DNA of 59,851 nucleotides, filler included, from Sluysia triapertura (GCA_046118255.1; 4 parts of 4 records of this genome joined end to end with filler, not necessarily neighbours in it), one strand, 5' to 3'. Positions 1 through 15,119 are shown, counted from the whole stretch's first letter. The notes: generated by a model from the sequence alone, not told the origin. Made by a program: numbers and translations.

Positions 1-549
1 AAAATATACTTAAATTATTGTATAATTTTAGTAAATTTTATTGCATATCTAAAATATAATTGTTGATTAAAATCATTACACATTATTGTAAAGAAATTTA
101 AAGCAATAATCATAATTATATTGTTCGATTATAAACTTTAAACTTGATTTTGATTTCAATTTATAATACTGTAAATTATTATTCATAATTAACCCTTGTT
201 TACGTTACTATTTTTTGTTTGTCTTGACAAATTATATTCCTCGATTTTGAACTTTAAATTTGATTTTGATTTTAACTTACAATACTATACATTACTATTG
301 TAATGATGCAAATATTTTAATTGGTAATTTAAATATAATTAAATAATCATGTAAAATTTTAAATAGCAATATGTAATATTATAAACGTAATATTTTAATT
401 ATGTAAATATATAAAGTAAAAGTTAAGAAAAATAGATGATACTCAATAATATTATTATTGTATTATAATTATTATTATTAAATTATTATTATTTTTAAAA
501 TGAATATCAATTTATTGTATTAAATTATTATTATTGTATTATTCATGAA

Positions 550-610
<61 letters not shown>
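550..610. repeat. (ATT)n microsatellite
   Basis: About 20 perfect ATT units. Similar tracts occur at 20916-20948, 30971-31034, 52928-52992, 54651-54707 and 55417-55469. Confidence 0.95.
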
Positions 611-1630
611 GAAAACTTAGAAAAGTACATTACACTAAAAATAATATCTAGTATCTAAATGTCAGATTGATGAGAAATAAATGTGTAGTTGATATGAATT
701 GTGCGTGGTGAAAATTAACTATAACACTTATTATTTTAAAAAGTTAAAACGTATATTGCAATTATTTTCAACTCATTACTAGAATTTTTGAAAACATAAT
801 TTTACAACTTAACCAAAAAAACTAGTCACCGTGTCAAGAGTCAATTTTCGATTTTAAAAGTTTCAAACAGTAATTGTTGAAGATAAAAAAATTAATGTAA
901 TCGTCTACAAATTCTTTATTATGGCAAATTATTGTTCTAAGATTTATGTTTCATTTTTTCACTTAGGAAAAAATTTATTAACGTTAGTTTATATTATTTA
1001 GTAGAAAATTTTTAAATTTATAGAAATAAAATATACTATAATAGTTTTTTATAAATTGAGGTATATTTTAATTGCATATTTAACTTTCATAAATTTTAAA
1101 GAAAATATTATTATTAGATATAATGATATTAATAAATTTATTATCCATTTTTATAAAATATAAACGTGTAGAGCTAAAAATAAAGTTTATATAGTAAACT
1201 ATCATTGAATAATCGAATTTTTTGTTTTTGTTAATTATTACACATAATTGAATTTTATAAAATTGTAATAAATATTTAATCAGTCTTGTTTTTCTTAAAA
1301 AACGACAATAATGCATCTGAATTGTAGTAAATTATAAATTTTTATCCACAAACTTATTAAAACAACTACTTTAAAAAGAAATAAATATCGTCACTAATTT
1401 TTGCATTTAAGTATTAAAGTAAATCTTCTTGACATACATCGCTAATCAAATTGCATAGTTCCAAGGTTTTTAATAAAATAATAAAAGCATAATAGCATCT
1501 CATAATATTTAACTTAAATTTGATTTATAACATCTTTTAGATCGTATTCAAACTATTTCAAAAAATAACATTGTCATAATTAGCAGAATTAACATTGAAA
1601 ATATTTTCTTTAACCTTCAATTTTCTTAAT

Positions 1631-1688
1631 CTGTCATTTATGCATCGGTTCTTGAATGTGCAAGCCCAGTGTGTCATAGAGGACTCAC
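1631..1688 (-). ncRNA. Hairpin short-intron-like repeat (GTGAGT...AG family), copy 1
   Basis: Minus strand reads GTGAGTCCTCTATGACACACTGGGCTTGCACATTCAAGAACCGATGCATAAATGACAG (58 nt, GT..AG). It aligns by eye with the copies at 3310, 15049 and 35951. Confidence 0.55.
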
Positions 1689-2807
1689 AAATATAAACGT
1701 ATAAATAAAAATATTAAAGTTTTATTTATTTTCTATTTTCCAAACCAAATTCTCACACTATTTATAACTAATCCTTGTTTATATTATGATATTTTATGTG
1801 TTTCTTCACATTATTAAACTTGTAACTGTTAATTGAATTTTATTTAATATAGTTTTTTATGATAAAAGATTTTTTCTTTTATGGCATTAGTTGCATTAAC
1901 GGTTAACGATTAAATTACATAGTCACACTATCAATTCAAAATACACTAATATAATAAATTTTGGTCGATCTGTTCATATTGTTAATGTATAATTTTAAGA
2001 TGTAATAATTTCAAGTTATGCATATATTTTTTAAATAGTTAATATGCTAATAAATAATTGTTATTTTATTGTATTATCATTATTGAACAATTATTATTTA
2101 TTGTATTAATTATAAAATTTATTAAAAGTGTTTATTAATATTATTCTAAGATTAAAATTATTTATTAGTATTAATATAATGTTGCGTATATGTTATGTAA
2201 CAGTTGTAGTATGTCTGTATATCTGTAATCTGGTATTTTATGATCATTTAATTTTTATATATTTAATGATTTTTATTAAATGATTTGTATTAAATTAATT
2301 CTTATTAAATTATTATATTGAATTATTTGTTATATATTTTAATTGTTATTATAATTGCTAAATTATTATAATATTAATATTAATTATCATTTCATTTTAT
2401 AATTCTGTTTTAATATAATAAATTTAAAAAAAGATGGCATTCAATATTATAAATTTAATAAATAGAATAGGTGACATTATTTGATTGGTCAACAAAATCT
2501 ATAAATAAAGACGGTAAATTTCAGATAAGATTAATTAATAATTTTTAGTGAAGAATTAATTAAATCTTTGGAAACTTGAAAAATTAAAATTTTGGAGAAT
2601 TGAGAAATTCGAAGATTAACATTATTTTAAAATTATTTTTGGAAACAATAATAATTAACAATGCATAATCATTAGTTTCTTTTATTATAAAAACAAATTT
2701 AACTACCATACAATATACTTAAATTAAATAAGATCTTGTACAATTTTATATGACATAAATTCATTTCTTTAAAAAAATCAATATTAAAAAAAAATTAATA
2801 TTATAAA

Positions 2808-3214
2808 TTGTACTATCATTATAATTAGCAACAGCAACTTGAATACTTGGGAATTTTGTTAATATTATAAATAAAACTTTAATATTAATTTATTAAAATT
2901 AAGATCATAATTTTATAAAACTAGCGATCAAATACACTATTTTAATACATTTTGTCGGATATAACATTTTTTAATTCAATATTTTTTATTTCATGTATCG
3001 TCTGATTAAGCAACATTAATGTTAACGTTCTTTTAACATTACTTTGTTTTATTTTAATCAACTGTACTATTAAATATTTCTTGATTTATATTATAATCAA
3101 TTACACTATCAATTTATTGTCATAAATCCTTTAATGTCGTTTGATTTTTGTGTAAACAATTATACTATCAATCATTAACATTTACTTTATAATTTTAATA
3201 AAGTGTACCATCAA
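2808..3214. repeat. Spaced array of an AATTRYACTATCAAT-like motif
   Basis: Motif variants at about 2808, 2931, 3062, 3099, 3158 and 3202, separated by unrelated spacers. Also seen at about 1923, 12600 and 14747. Confidence 0.55.
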
Positions 3215-3309
3215 TATTTTCATTTTACGAGTTTTTGTTATTATATTAGTAACAATTGTAATACCTAATTAAGAAATTACACCTCCAGTTTTAATCTCTT
3301 TTCTTGACG

Positions 3310-3366
3310 CTGCAAATCTGTGTGCTGGCCCATCAGTGAGTAAGTCCAGTATCATAGAGAACTCAC
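3310..3366 (-). ncRNA. Hairpin short-intron-like repeat, copy 2
   Basis: Minus strand reads GTGAGTTCTCTATGATACTGGACTTACTCACTGATGGGCCAGCACACAGATTTGCAG (57 nt). It has a 5' splice consensus, a CTGAT branch-like motif and a TTTGCAG acceptor, and folds end-to-end leaving an AG overhang. Confidence 0.65.
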
Positions 3367-4199
3367 TTTAAAATATACAAAAGATCAACAATAAAATAAC
3401 AAATAAAAGAAAATAACATAACATAATATAGTTGGCAAAAATTTTTCAAATATAATAACTAGTAGATAAACATTAACCAATTATAACTAAAGAGAAAGAT
3501 TGTACCACACATTTCAACCTTAACCTATATATAACTAGTGCAAATTATCACAATATTTATAAAATCTAGAGCAAACAAATTATCTAAAAGTACTTATCAT
3601 ATAACTCATTTATATTATTTTTAGCGTTTCAAATTAGTCATAAAGATTAAATGACCTTAAAAGAAGCTCATTTGTCATCTCACATAATTATATAAAGATT
3701 TACAATTTTGAATAATTTAATTGTTTAAACCGCACAATTAATCATATAAAAATTTGCAACTAATTTTTTGAATTGATTGTTTAATCATACGATTTCAAAT
3801 AATTTGATATTTTGAATTTTTGACTAGTTTTTACGTGATTAAAGTTTTATCATTATTGAAAAAATCTTTTGGAAGATAACATTATTAATTTTATAAAATT
3901 CGTTAGTTTTGTTGATTATTAAATAACAAGTTTACAATGAACGATAAAATCACACATAATCTTTAATTAGTAATTATGTAACATTTAATTACTCATAATT
4001 TTGATTTTATAAATTTTCCAAATAAAAACATTATTTTGGCAAATAATATTGTTAATATTCAATATTATTAGAGTAATCGATCTATCTTAATTGATTATTT
4101 ACGATTTGAAAGACAAATCATTACAATTTTATTATTAATCTTTTATGATATTGAATTAGTGTTACATTTAAAATATTACACATGCAAAAAATTATAAAT

Positions 4200-4750
4200 A
4201 ATATTATACCTTTTTATAAAGGTATCGATAGGTATTGCGGTAGGACTGAGACTCCAATATTCTTAACTTTGAAGTTGATGAACCCTTCATGTGAAGGATC
4301 TACAACCACCATTAATTTTAAATGCCTTATATGAATACCTCTCCAATCATAAATCCTTTATTATTGCAGCAGCTAGGGGCACTCTCAAAATCACTCTTTA
4401 TTAATAAGTTACCTCTTCGATATAGATTGCACGGATACTCATCTATGCTAGCTCAGTTTTTAACACGCAATTGCAGAATACAGATTGAAGCAAATGAGTA
4501 TCATTCAACATTTTCCATTTTATTTTCTTTAGATATAAATAAAACCCCCTTTTGTATAAATTTAACCTGACTATAGGCATAATGAAGGCTTGTATTACCC
4601 TATATCATAATAATACGGATGAAAAATTTTATTGAATGCTGCCCACCATCTTAAGGAAATGGTCTCTGACATTCTTAGGTTTTGGTTAGAAGCGTTATAT
4701 AATAAAATACTGGTCTCACCATATCCTAATATTATAATCAATACGTATAA
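4200..4750 (-). mobile_element. Degraded Ty3/Gypsy pol fragment (RT thumb/RNase H)
   Basis: Minus-strand peptides PKPKNVRDHFLKMVG..KF (cf. PxPKNVKELRSFLGMVGYYRKFI) and YSFAS (cf. IAFASR). Multiple stops and deletions. Confidence 0.5.
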
Positions 4751-7700
4751 TAAACTATAATATTTTAACTGTTAATATTATTGAATTTAAGTATTATTAT
4801 TATTATTTAGTATTATTATCTTTATTATTGAATTGTCATTTTCAGTTTAAAATTATTAGAATTCTACAATATATATTGTATCAAAATCAAAGTGCAAGAA
4901 GGTTAATGACCTTATATTCAGAATACGTAAATTAACTATATATATCGTTTGAAAAAACGCTTCATTACATAACAAGTTTACAACGGAAATTATAAGCAAA
5001 ATTTTTACGAATTCTTAATTGAAATTTTTACCCATTGTTAAAACGTATTATTGATCTAATTCGTTATCTCTTAATTGATTAAGGAAGAAATTTATTAAAC
5101 TCGAATTATCATTCATCCTATCCTTTTACAAATTCGTTAGTTTATCAATTTATAACACCATTCATTAAAATACGCTAAAACTTTTATTAAACCTTTAGTA
5201 TTTTTATATAACATGCATAAAATATAATTTTAATATCATTACGAATTATTGTAAAATTAAAACAATAATATTAAAATAATTATAATTAATAAAATTTACA
5301 TTTGTTTTAATATTACTTATTGTGTTTTCAATATTACTGTTTATTAAAATTCATTGTTAAATATAATTTTCTAAATTTACAGATTTTTCATTCGCCAGGG
5401 TATTTAAACAACTTTACGAATATCAATCAAATTATATAGTCATAATATACTTTTAAAATATACGAATTACAATAAATCCTAATCTGGTCATTCATATTAA
5501 TTTAATAAATTCACACCGGATCATTTTAGATCTAGCATAAAATCAGAAAAACCAACTTAGTTATATAGCGGATGTAAATTACTGAAAATAGTGCATTTTA
5601 CTTTGACCTCTATAAAATGTGCAACCGTAACCTTACCCCGGCACCTATGTGTAAGCCCAACATCTTCTGCTACTAATGTATCCAATTCATGCACAAGATT
5701 AATTAAATATGACAAAACTTTAGTTTCATTACTTTCTGATATACTGCCAGACAACTGTATTATATAATGATAAACCTAAGACATACTTTATAAGAATATC
5801 TAATCTTCTAAATACATCATCTTAATATTTTAAAATTTTTTAATATTAACTTACCCTCTTAATATTTAAACAAAAATGTTCATCAATTTAAACAAATAAT
5901 TACAAAATAATTTTTAAAATTCCTCTGTTGTATTTTAACTTATAAATAACTTTGTATAATATTGTAATTATTTATTTTTAAAAAACAATTGGAAAATCAT
6001 TATAAATCATTTCATAAAACAATAAGTATGTAATAGAAATTTAAAAGTAATTTATAAACGTTATTCATAATAATAACGTTTAATAACCTTGAACGCTAAA
6101 GGAAAATGACTATTTTATTACTAATCCTTATATAAAATTATATAAAGAGTGACTTTTTACATTCCAATCGAAATTTAAATTAATTTGTCGAGAAAATCAC
6201 ATGAAACTTCTTTAATATTTATACAAATCAAATAGTTGTAAAATAATTACAGCAAATTGATGTTTGAGTAGCTACACTGATCATGACTTTGACATTTAAT
6301 CGACCCAATCTTTCAAAATTAATCTGTGAACCATCATCACGTAAATCGTTAATAACCTTTTTGACATTAGTGATAAGATTTAGCATTTAGTTTATTTGTC
6401 AGTGTTGGAACAGAATTTACGCTAACATTATTCGTATTGTGCACTGTTAAGGAATACATTATAATTATACATAAATTTGTTACTTCTATGGCTTTCTGAC
6501 ACAAAAATTCTAACTAAAATTTCTACATTACGACGAATATGAAAATTATACAAATAAGATGTGAATTTGGATGAGCAACCAGAGCAAGGATAATAAAATC
6601 TTTTATATTTCAGATATAAAAATATAAAATAAAAAATTGCGAGATAGAAGAGGAAAGTACGTCACAATTAAGACAAGACGACAGTGAGCTTTGTGTTTAA
6701 CAAAAAAGTATTTTATTAAGCATTTAAATTTTTGTACGGATGGGTGGTGTGATGTTGCAAATGATATGGATAAAATTTGTTATAATGTAATTTTTGTGAT
6801 GAGGTTTGTGTACATGATTGTTATAATTTATGTGATGTGTACATAGGTATGGGCCGGACCACCACAGTAATGTTTCAGATTCTGGTTCCGTCTGCAGACG
6901 AGATTAATTAAATTTTTGATCTTATGGTTTAATGAGTTCAATTTCCGTTTAGTACTTCGGTTCTATTTTATTTTAATATTCGGTCTTATATGCCGAAAAT
7001 ATTTGATGTGCTTTTAGCAAGAAATTTATAACTTTATAAGTTAAGGAATTTTGCTAATGATCCACTTTAAAAGGATCAAGAAAAATTTTATAATTTCAGA
7101 TAAATATGAATAAAATCCGAGTTAAAAAATTAGTTATTAAATCACGTAAATTTGACAATATGTTAGATAAATATGATTGTAAAGATACTCGTTTGAGATA
7201 CGCTCACTTATGATTATACTCTTATGATTATAAATAATTATCAAAATATGTAAAATTAATTAAATATAAAATTAAATAATAAAAGTTTAACGAACTTATA
7301 AAAATTCTCAGAATATTAAAATTAACTCAATAATTGTGCTGTGGTTTTTCTTTATTTAATAGATCCTAGCAAATATAATTATATTTTATTCGGATTCGCA
7401 TGAAGTCGGTGATTTATTTGCGAACAAGACACTGCTTTACGATTTTCTCTTATTGAAAAAAAATTATGAAAGATATTCCATACACTTGGAAAATTACTAT
7501 AAATAATATTCAAATTTGATAGAGGGTCATACTTGAATATTTCAATTTAATATCTACTCTGAAATATTACAAATGAAAGTATTCTTTTTTCCTTATTCTT
7601 AACAGTTTACCAAATAACAAATAATATATTTAATTTTGGGCTTTTATAACGTTTATATGGTTCAAGGTTATTTAGATTTTGATTTTAACAATAACATAAA

Positions 7701-8114
7701 TCGCTAATATTAATTTGACTTCAAAAAATAATGACTAGTCAGACAACCATAAAATAACACGATACTCAACAATACCATGTAAAGTACATAAACAACTTTA
7801 TCGTATTTTGAGTTCCTTAAACAACGTGATTTAAGTGCAACTTCATTAATATTTTATGTTATAAAAAAATTAACCAAAACAGCAAATCTATTAATACGTA
7901 TATTTCTATTCTTTCATTTTATTGATACAAGTAAAATCTGTTGTAAAAATTCTTTTGATAAGAATATTGATAAAATTTTTGTAATTAGCATCAATTTTAA
8001 TTCACAATTTACTTATACAAAATTTTATCGACACAATTCAGTACCATGCCGTATTTCAATTGATTTATCTGTGAGAGTGTGAAGTAAAGCAATAGAATAA
8101 AGTAAAAGCTTAAC

Positions 8115-8152
8115 GTGAGTTCACCAGCTATGGCCAGCTGTTGGATTTGTAG
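8115..8152 (+). ncRNA. Hairpin short-intron-like repeat, internally deleted copy
   Basis: GTGAGTTCACCAGCTATGGCCAGCTGTTGGATTTGTAG, preceded by AGAATAAA. Same subfamily as the 33381 copy. Confidence 0.55.
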
Positions 8153-8596
8153 ATAAGAGTAAAAAGAATTTCCTCGAAATGCAACGTTGATTAAAAAGGG
8201 ACTTCTTTATTTATTTTTATTATTACCTTTTGAGATTTTTAGTATTTTAGTATTAATTTTTGAAGGTTTGTAGTCAAAAATTAATTCAATTGATATTTTG
8301 CGTAGATCCTATGAAAAAGATCGTTGATAATTATTTTACGTAGTTAGAATTAAAATCTAACTATGGAAAGCTTTTTCGTAGTACTGATTTTATATTTAAA
8401 ACTATTAATAAGGACTAAAAAATGGTACCAAAAATTTTATTAAAAAATGATTAAAAAGTTTTTTACAAAGTGTAAGTAAAAATAATAATAAAGTTACTAG
8501 AAGTAATTCCAATTTCTATGATATTTTAATACATGATTTTTCGAGGATCGAATATAAGATCTAAAATGTTTATTAGATAGTTTAAGTGGATTTTTC

Positions 8597-8800
8597 GTGC
8601 ATATCCCTAGGATATCTGAACTTATTAAAAATAAACTAACGGATATTTTATTAAATCTGGTCAAAAATCTTTATTTTGATTCTCGATATATCGAAGAAGA
8701 ACCAATAAAAATACACGTTGATCGAATGTACCAAAAATTTATTGTCACGGCTTTATTAAAAATTTTATTATCAAAAAGATTATTGTTGAAAATTGTCTAA
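8597..8800 (+). pseudogene. Unknown ORF family C remnant
   Basis: C-terminus KFIVTALLKILLSKRLLLKIV resembles KFIVQVIFILRRLFLDNLK of ORF 49657-49863 (-). Both lie downstream of the same hairpin module. Confidence 0.35.
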
Positions 8801-9487
8801 TGGTTATTATGAAATTAGAATTTATTAGTTCGTTATTTATATAGGGTTTGTTGACCTAGACCAGATTTGGATTTATTAAAATAAATTTTAAATTTAAAAA
8901 TTAGTTAATATTTAATATTTGCAAAATTAAAATTATTTAAATAACAAAGTTATTATTTAGAATATTTAAAAATAACAAATAACAATAAAACGTACTTTTA
9001 AATAGAAATCCTCAAAAACATTTAAACATTAAAAATAATTAAATAAAAATAATCAATAATTTAGTTCAAAGTAATACCTTTAATAAGTCACATAATATAA
9101 ATAATATAAGACAAGATAATATAACATATCTATTCATGTGTTAAATTAGTAGGGAAAATTAATACGAATTGCTGAAATAAGATTAATTATTAGTCAAGAG
9201 ATAAACCTACAGTGCTTAATTCAATTCCACTGTTTAATAATAAAATCAATCTTTCATTTAATTCATTTAATAAGGGGAAAAATATATAATTAAAATTTAA
9301 AATTAAAATAATTAAATACCTGAAGAAGTTTTAATTCTAAATTATATGTTTGATTATTTATTATTTATTTAAGAAAGTTAAACATAATATTAGACATAAT
9401 AATCTTGAAGTTTTTCTATTATTTATTGTTTATTAAATTTGAAAGATATTGATAAAGCATTTGTTAGATCCAAATAAATCTACTAAA

Positions 9488-9910
9488 CTATAATTGATGA
9501 TAAACTAAATATATTAAATGTTCAGGAAAAGTAGCCGAAATGATAGAATAACTTGCCGTAAGCGATATTAGAATTTCGAATAAATTGAAAATAAGCCTAC
9601 TAGATTTTGTTGAACATAGAACAATCCCGTTTATGTCACTGTTATGAATCATGAGATGAACTTTAACGTTGTATTTGAACTTATACTTATCAACGTGTCT
9701 GTTGATAACCTGATGATGAAGTATTTTAATTATGAACAATTTATAACTATAAGAAAAAGCTAAAATCTTTGTAAGAAATTAGTTTTCTAATCGTATTAAA
9801 AGTATATTCTAAGTGATGTTTTTAATCCATATTCTATCTTTAAATAGACAAATTCTAATAAAATACTTTACAAAATTAACAGTGCATAAAAGTTGGTTAA
9901 GTTTATTTCA
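9488..9910 (-). pseudogene. Unknown ORF family A, degraded copy
   Basis: VLCSTKSSRLIFNLFEILISLTASYSII resembles VQCSNSKNLL..LLDILITLVADISYI at 55.8 kb and FLDMITTVWIT in the 368-aa ORF. Confidence 0.4.
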
Positions 9911-10399
9911 ACCTGAACACAAATTAATTTCAATTCCTACGAACGAATAAGATGAATTTTATAGAATTGTAGAACAATTATATCCTATTTTAAATTTCTT
10001 CATTATGCGAAATAATTCAAATATTCTCTTAAATGTTTCGGGGAAATGATCTACCAATAGATTATGATTAAAAACAAGGCATTTATATATAAAAGCGATA
10101 TTAAACACATGTTTGAGCAAATAATCATAAAGTTCATAAATGCGCGGATGTATAAGGTAATATTCATCAATGAAAATATTGTGAGAATGAGGTTAATCAT
10201 GCAGGATACTAGGCGCCGCAAATACTTAATTACTGACAACATTATTGCAACTAGATCGTAAGTTAAAATATAAGATAGCTTCTTCGTGGTTACCTTAATT
10301 ATCAATATTAACCACTTAATGCTTGGATTATTTTTTACAAAAATTGAATTAATTTTTTATTTAAAAATTATTTGTTTCGTTTTTATCGTACATAAAGAA

Positions 10400-10620
10400 A
10401 ACAAACAAGTCACGTATTCATCGGGCTGGCGAAATCTGATCATTCAAAAACATGAAGTGGTTAATAATATGAACTGGAAAGTAACCTTCACAATCTGGTA
10501 TAGCTTCCAAGGGTTCTGAAACTATATCACATATACTTTCTTCCTTTTGATGTCAAAGAAATGAACTGGTTTCGTGGCGATACGACTAATTCTTTCAAAC
10601 ACAATTAAAATAGCAAAAAT
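10400..10620 (-). mobile_element. Degraded Gypsy integrase C-terminal (GPY/F) region
   Basis: Minus strand VHFFDIKRKK...FQNPWKLYQIVKV resembles the KFxxPWxGPYxIVK motif. Confidence 0.4.
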
Positions 10621-13600
10621 GTGAACACAAATTACATGAAAAAGGAAATTATTCAAGTAAACTAATGTTCAACATAGTGTATCAACATTGAAAATATTAC
10701 TTAATTTAATATAGTACTGAATTCATATAATACGGTATAATATTTTTAGTATAATAAGAATTTTACCACCAATTAATTTTTATTATTTTACAAATACTTT
10801 TTAATTGATGTAAAACAATAATTTGACCACTTATAATTTTTAATAATATTTTATACATTTATATATTTGATAAATTTTTTGTCAATGAAATTTGGATTGC
10901 GATGTTGTAACCAAAACAATGAGCATGATAACGTTGATATTGAATTTAGTAAAATGATAATGAAGTCGTCATGGTAATGGTAGCGGTATTTTGAATGTAT
11001 TTATTCATTTAATTCGTGTGAACTTTTGAGCTGCATAAATTTAAAATTTCATTTTAGATTTTAAATCGCATATCCATCTTTACCAAAGGATACAAGTTGA
11101 ACTAACAGTCAAAGTAGAAGTTACACCAACTACTAGTTGCAGACACGATAACTAGGCAAACAGTAAGACCTAAATAGGCACAACAAAAACACCTTACATA
11201 AACATTAAATCCAAATTTAAGATAACAAACTTCGAAAAACGGAAATTTAAAGAAAACCTATTGTTTAAAAAAATTTATTGTTGTAAAATGTAAAGCAAAT
11301 GAAAGGAAATTCATTATTTTAAGACAAAAAAGATACTTATTGTGATTAAAAGAAAAAAACTTGTTTCCAAATATAATTGAAAATATAAATGAAAATGAGA
11401 TGTACATAAAGAAAATTGATTATTATAACATAACAAGAACTTTGACAAATATAGAGTACGTTTAGATACTAAGAACATAATTAAAATAAGATAGAAAAAA
11501 TATCGTTTAAAATTGAAAATAATCGACGACAAAAGTAAGCTAAGACAGTTAAAAAGGAATTATGCCTCGGCAAAATTTAAAGCATTAATAGTTTCACAAA
11601 CGGTTGCGCTTTGATATCGATAACACTGTAAGACCCTATAGGTCAAGTCAACATTAATAAGGATATGACTCAAAATTTAAAATAAAAATAAGATTCGGAC
11701 ATTACAATTCTTAATACCAAGTTAAAGGATGTATTTATTTTATTTTGTTATATTATTACTAAATAATTTTATTTGTGTATTAGACTAGTAAATACAGTTA
11801 ATAATCCATATATGATAAAATATAATTAAATATGTTAACATTAGATTAGAACATATTTTCATTAATCCATTTAATATTACTTAAGTGTTGGTTTATTAAT
11901 TAGTTTTCAAGACGCAGTAGTAGCTGAAATGATTTTGAATTAATTTATTGAAGTTCTTATAATTATTATTACAAAATAAAAACGTTTAGTTATTTTAAAA
12001 CATTAAAAAAGTTCGTGGCAGTTCAACATAAACATAAAGTGGAAATGTACTTAATGTTAGAACTTCCCAAAGATGTTATTAGAAATTTAATGAGGATTTA
12101 AGGACAAAAGGGAATCAAATTAAAATCTTAAATATTTAAGATACTTCAAACAAGTTATAAAAGTAGCAATTATAAATGAAAAAAAAGAATCTCAATTGTC
12201 AAAGGTTGATACCAAACTTTGATGACAAAATTGTAATCATATTTGAAATTTTGAAGGAGTCTACATAATACATCTTAGATTGTTATTAATAACAAAGCAA
12301 TAACAAGTTCAACTAAAAACGAAATCCCTTTCAATATTGTAACAATAAACAATTACATATTTTGGATCAATAGAACCTTTGTAAAAAGGAAAAAGTTAGA
12401 ATTTCGAGAAAATGAATTTTAAAAATATCAATGTGTTTACATCTAAAATTAAGATAACGATGGAAATTTTATATTCCAACTTAAAATATTAAAAATGAAA
12501 ATATTTAAAAATGAACTAACATCTTTTATAATAAATCCATATCCAATATATTTGGTTTTGTGCGAATCAATAAATGCTGTGCGAAGATAGATTAAATTGA
12601 TACTATCAATTATTTCTATCTAATAATAATAATAATGATAATAATAATAAATAATAATAAAATTTATACAATGTTTTATAAAAATCTAATACTCTAATAA
12701 TTCCGACAAAAATGAAAATGTACAAATATACTTTATTTAAGATATTATGAGGTATAACGATAATAAGATTCTATAACATAATGTTATAATTAATTTGTAA
12801 TTATATTTATTAAACCGTAATTTTATTTAAACCGTAATTATTATTTAAACGATTATATTAATTATTAAAATTAATTATGCTGTACATATAAAGTAATGAC
12901 TACTTATATTTATTATTAGCAAAGAAAATAGAGTTTAAATTATTATGGTACTATATTAACATACATCAATTCACAGAACAAAACAGAGCCATTTTAATGA
13001 CTAAATTATAATTAGAACTATTAATAAATTGTGTTATGAAACTAATATTAGACAAAAATAGTAGAAATGTCAAAGGTCACGAAAAGTATATTGTTTATTG
13101 GATAAAAACGCACGTAATTTGTAGATCACATCGTGCGTTTCAAGTTTTAGCTAATCAAGTTATGAGAATTCAATTCATTCGCGAATTCAGAATTAAAAAA
13201 ATTAATTTATGGTTTTACTAAATAGTGAGTTATGTACATTAATAAGATTAAACTACTTTTACAGTAATTATTTTACGTACTTTATTGGTACGATACACTA
13301 AGAACTAAATTAATACATTAAAAATAAATACAATATTTATTCTAAAAATTTATTGTATCAATATCCGACTGTAGTTTAATTTTGTTTAATAAATAAATCA
13401 ACGATATTAATTATGTTATTTGAAAGTAAAACTTTTCATTCGAAACACAGATATAAAAAACGTATTTTGTCACATGAAAGTAGTTTATTCGCATAAAAAT
13501 AATTCTTAAAAAGGCCAACGTCCAAATTAAATAAATATATCTAAAGGGTGTAATGATCTGTGTTGGTTCACCTCGTAATTTATAAAATTAACATCTTAAC

Positions 13601-15048
13601 TCATAAAATCATTCACAAACAGCCAACATAAACATTTACAACCTTTCTGTTCACAATACACTAATCACATCTTTAAAACATTTATAATAAATTACATCCA
13701 TCAAACAACTTTAATGAAAACACACTTTTAAAACTCAAAATTCTTAATACAAAAGTAGTTGTTTGAATTTTGTCTTCGCCGTCATACAAATTGCAGGGAA
13801 ATCATATCAAAATATCCTTACTTCATCACATAAAACATCACTTACACACAGAACATTAAATAAACTACTAGACTCATTCAATAACAAACATAACTATTGT
13901 ACATAATTATCATGAACTATAGCTATTGTTATTACAAACCCAATCGTATTAAAATATATAATAATTATTAGGATTATTGTCGTATAATATAAATGCCACG
14001 ATTGCCACATAATAACATCAACCATTATTTTAAAACATAATAATTACGTTATTGTTATCATTATTATTTCTTTATCCTTATTATCAACCTTTCTTTTTAT
14101 TCTTTTGTTTTCCAGTTTATATATTTGTAACGTATGTAAATTATATGTATATTCTATTTTGGTATTTTATCTTTAAATATTATTGTTTTTAAATATTATT
14201 CCTTTTTAAATATTATTGATGTTAAATTATTATAATATATTTATTAGAAATATTAAATAATTATTAAATTTAAAATAATTGTTTTAAATAGTAAATATAC
14301 TATTTTATTTGTAGCATCACTAAAAATAGTGTTCCAAAACTTTATAAATATAGTTTCAACCAGTAATACAAAACACAAACAGTAATAAAAGTTTAAAACT
14401 TATTGATTTTAGTCTACTTACAGTTACTTTAAAACATTATTATTTGGAAACAGTTATCAATATTTTATAGTTAATATTTGAAACAGTGGCCAATATTTGA
14501 AAGATTTAGTTAAAGAAGATTAATTGTTCGAATTACCACTATTTAGAAGAATTAACTATTAATATTTGGAAAAATTGATTTATTAACATCTGGAGAATTA
14601 ATTAATCGTTAGTTTCATGTTTTTTAAGTTTGGTTAAGTATTTTTAATACTATAAAAATTCAATTTTTAATATTTAATTACATATTAATTATAAATTAAT
14701 ATTGTGTAATATTTATATAGAAGGATTTTCGAATTTTTGATATTAATTATACTATCAACGAACTTTAACTTTTGTATAGAACTTTTAATTGTGTTTTATG
14801 ATTAACAAATTCTATTGTATAAGTGCTTTAATACTTGTTGTCGTTTTTAATAAATAATTCATAATACATACGAATTTGTAGTTTTTTTGTTTTTAATAAT
14901 TCTTAGCATTTTAGTAAAAATAAATTTGAATTGTCACGGATAATTTTTAATATTGATTATAATAAAATTAACCAAATCGAAGAAACAGGTAGCATCAAAA
15001 TTAAATATCAACATTTGCCTCCAGTTCTTATATTTTTATTCTTAAAAG

Positions 15049-15101
15049 CTGCGAATCTATGTGCTGGCCTTTCAGTAAGTCCAGTATCATAAAGAACGTA
15101 C
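15049..15101 (-). ncRNA. Hairpin short-intron-like repeat, copy 3
   Basis: Minus strand reads GTACGTTCTTTATGATACTGGACTTACTGAAAGGCCAGCACATAGATTCGCAG (53 nt, GT..AG). The downstream flank shares ACTGGAGG with copy 2. Confidence 0.65.
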
Positions 15102-15119
15102 GTTAAGAATAAGACATTT

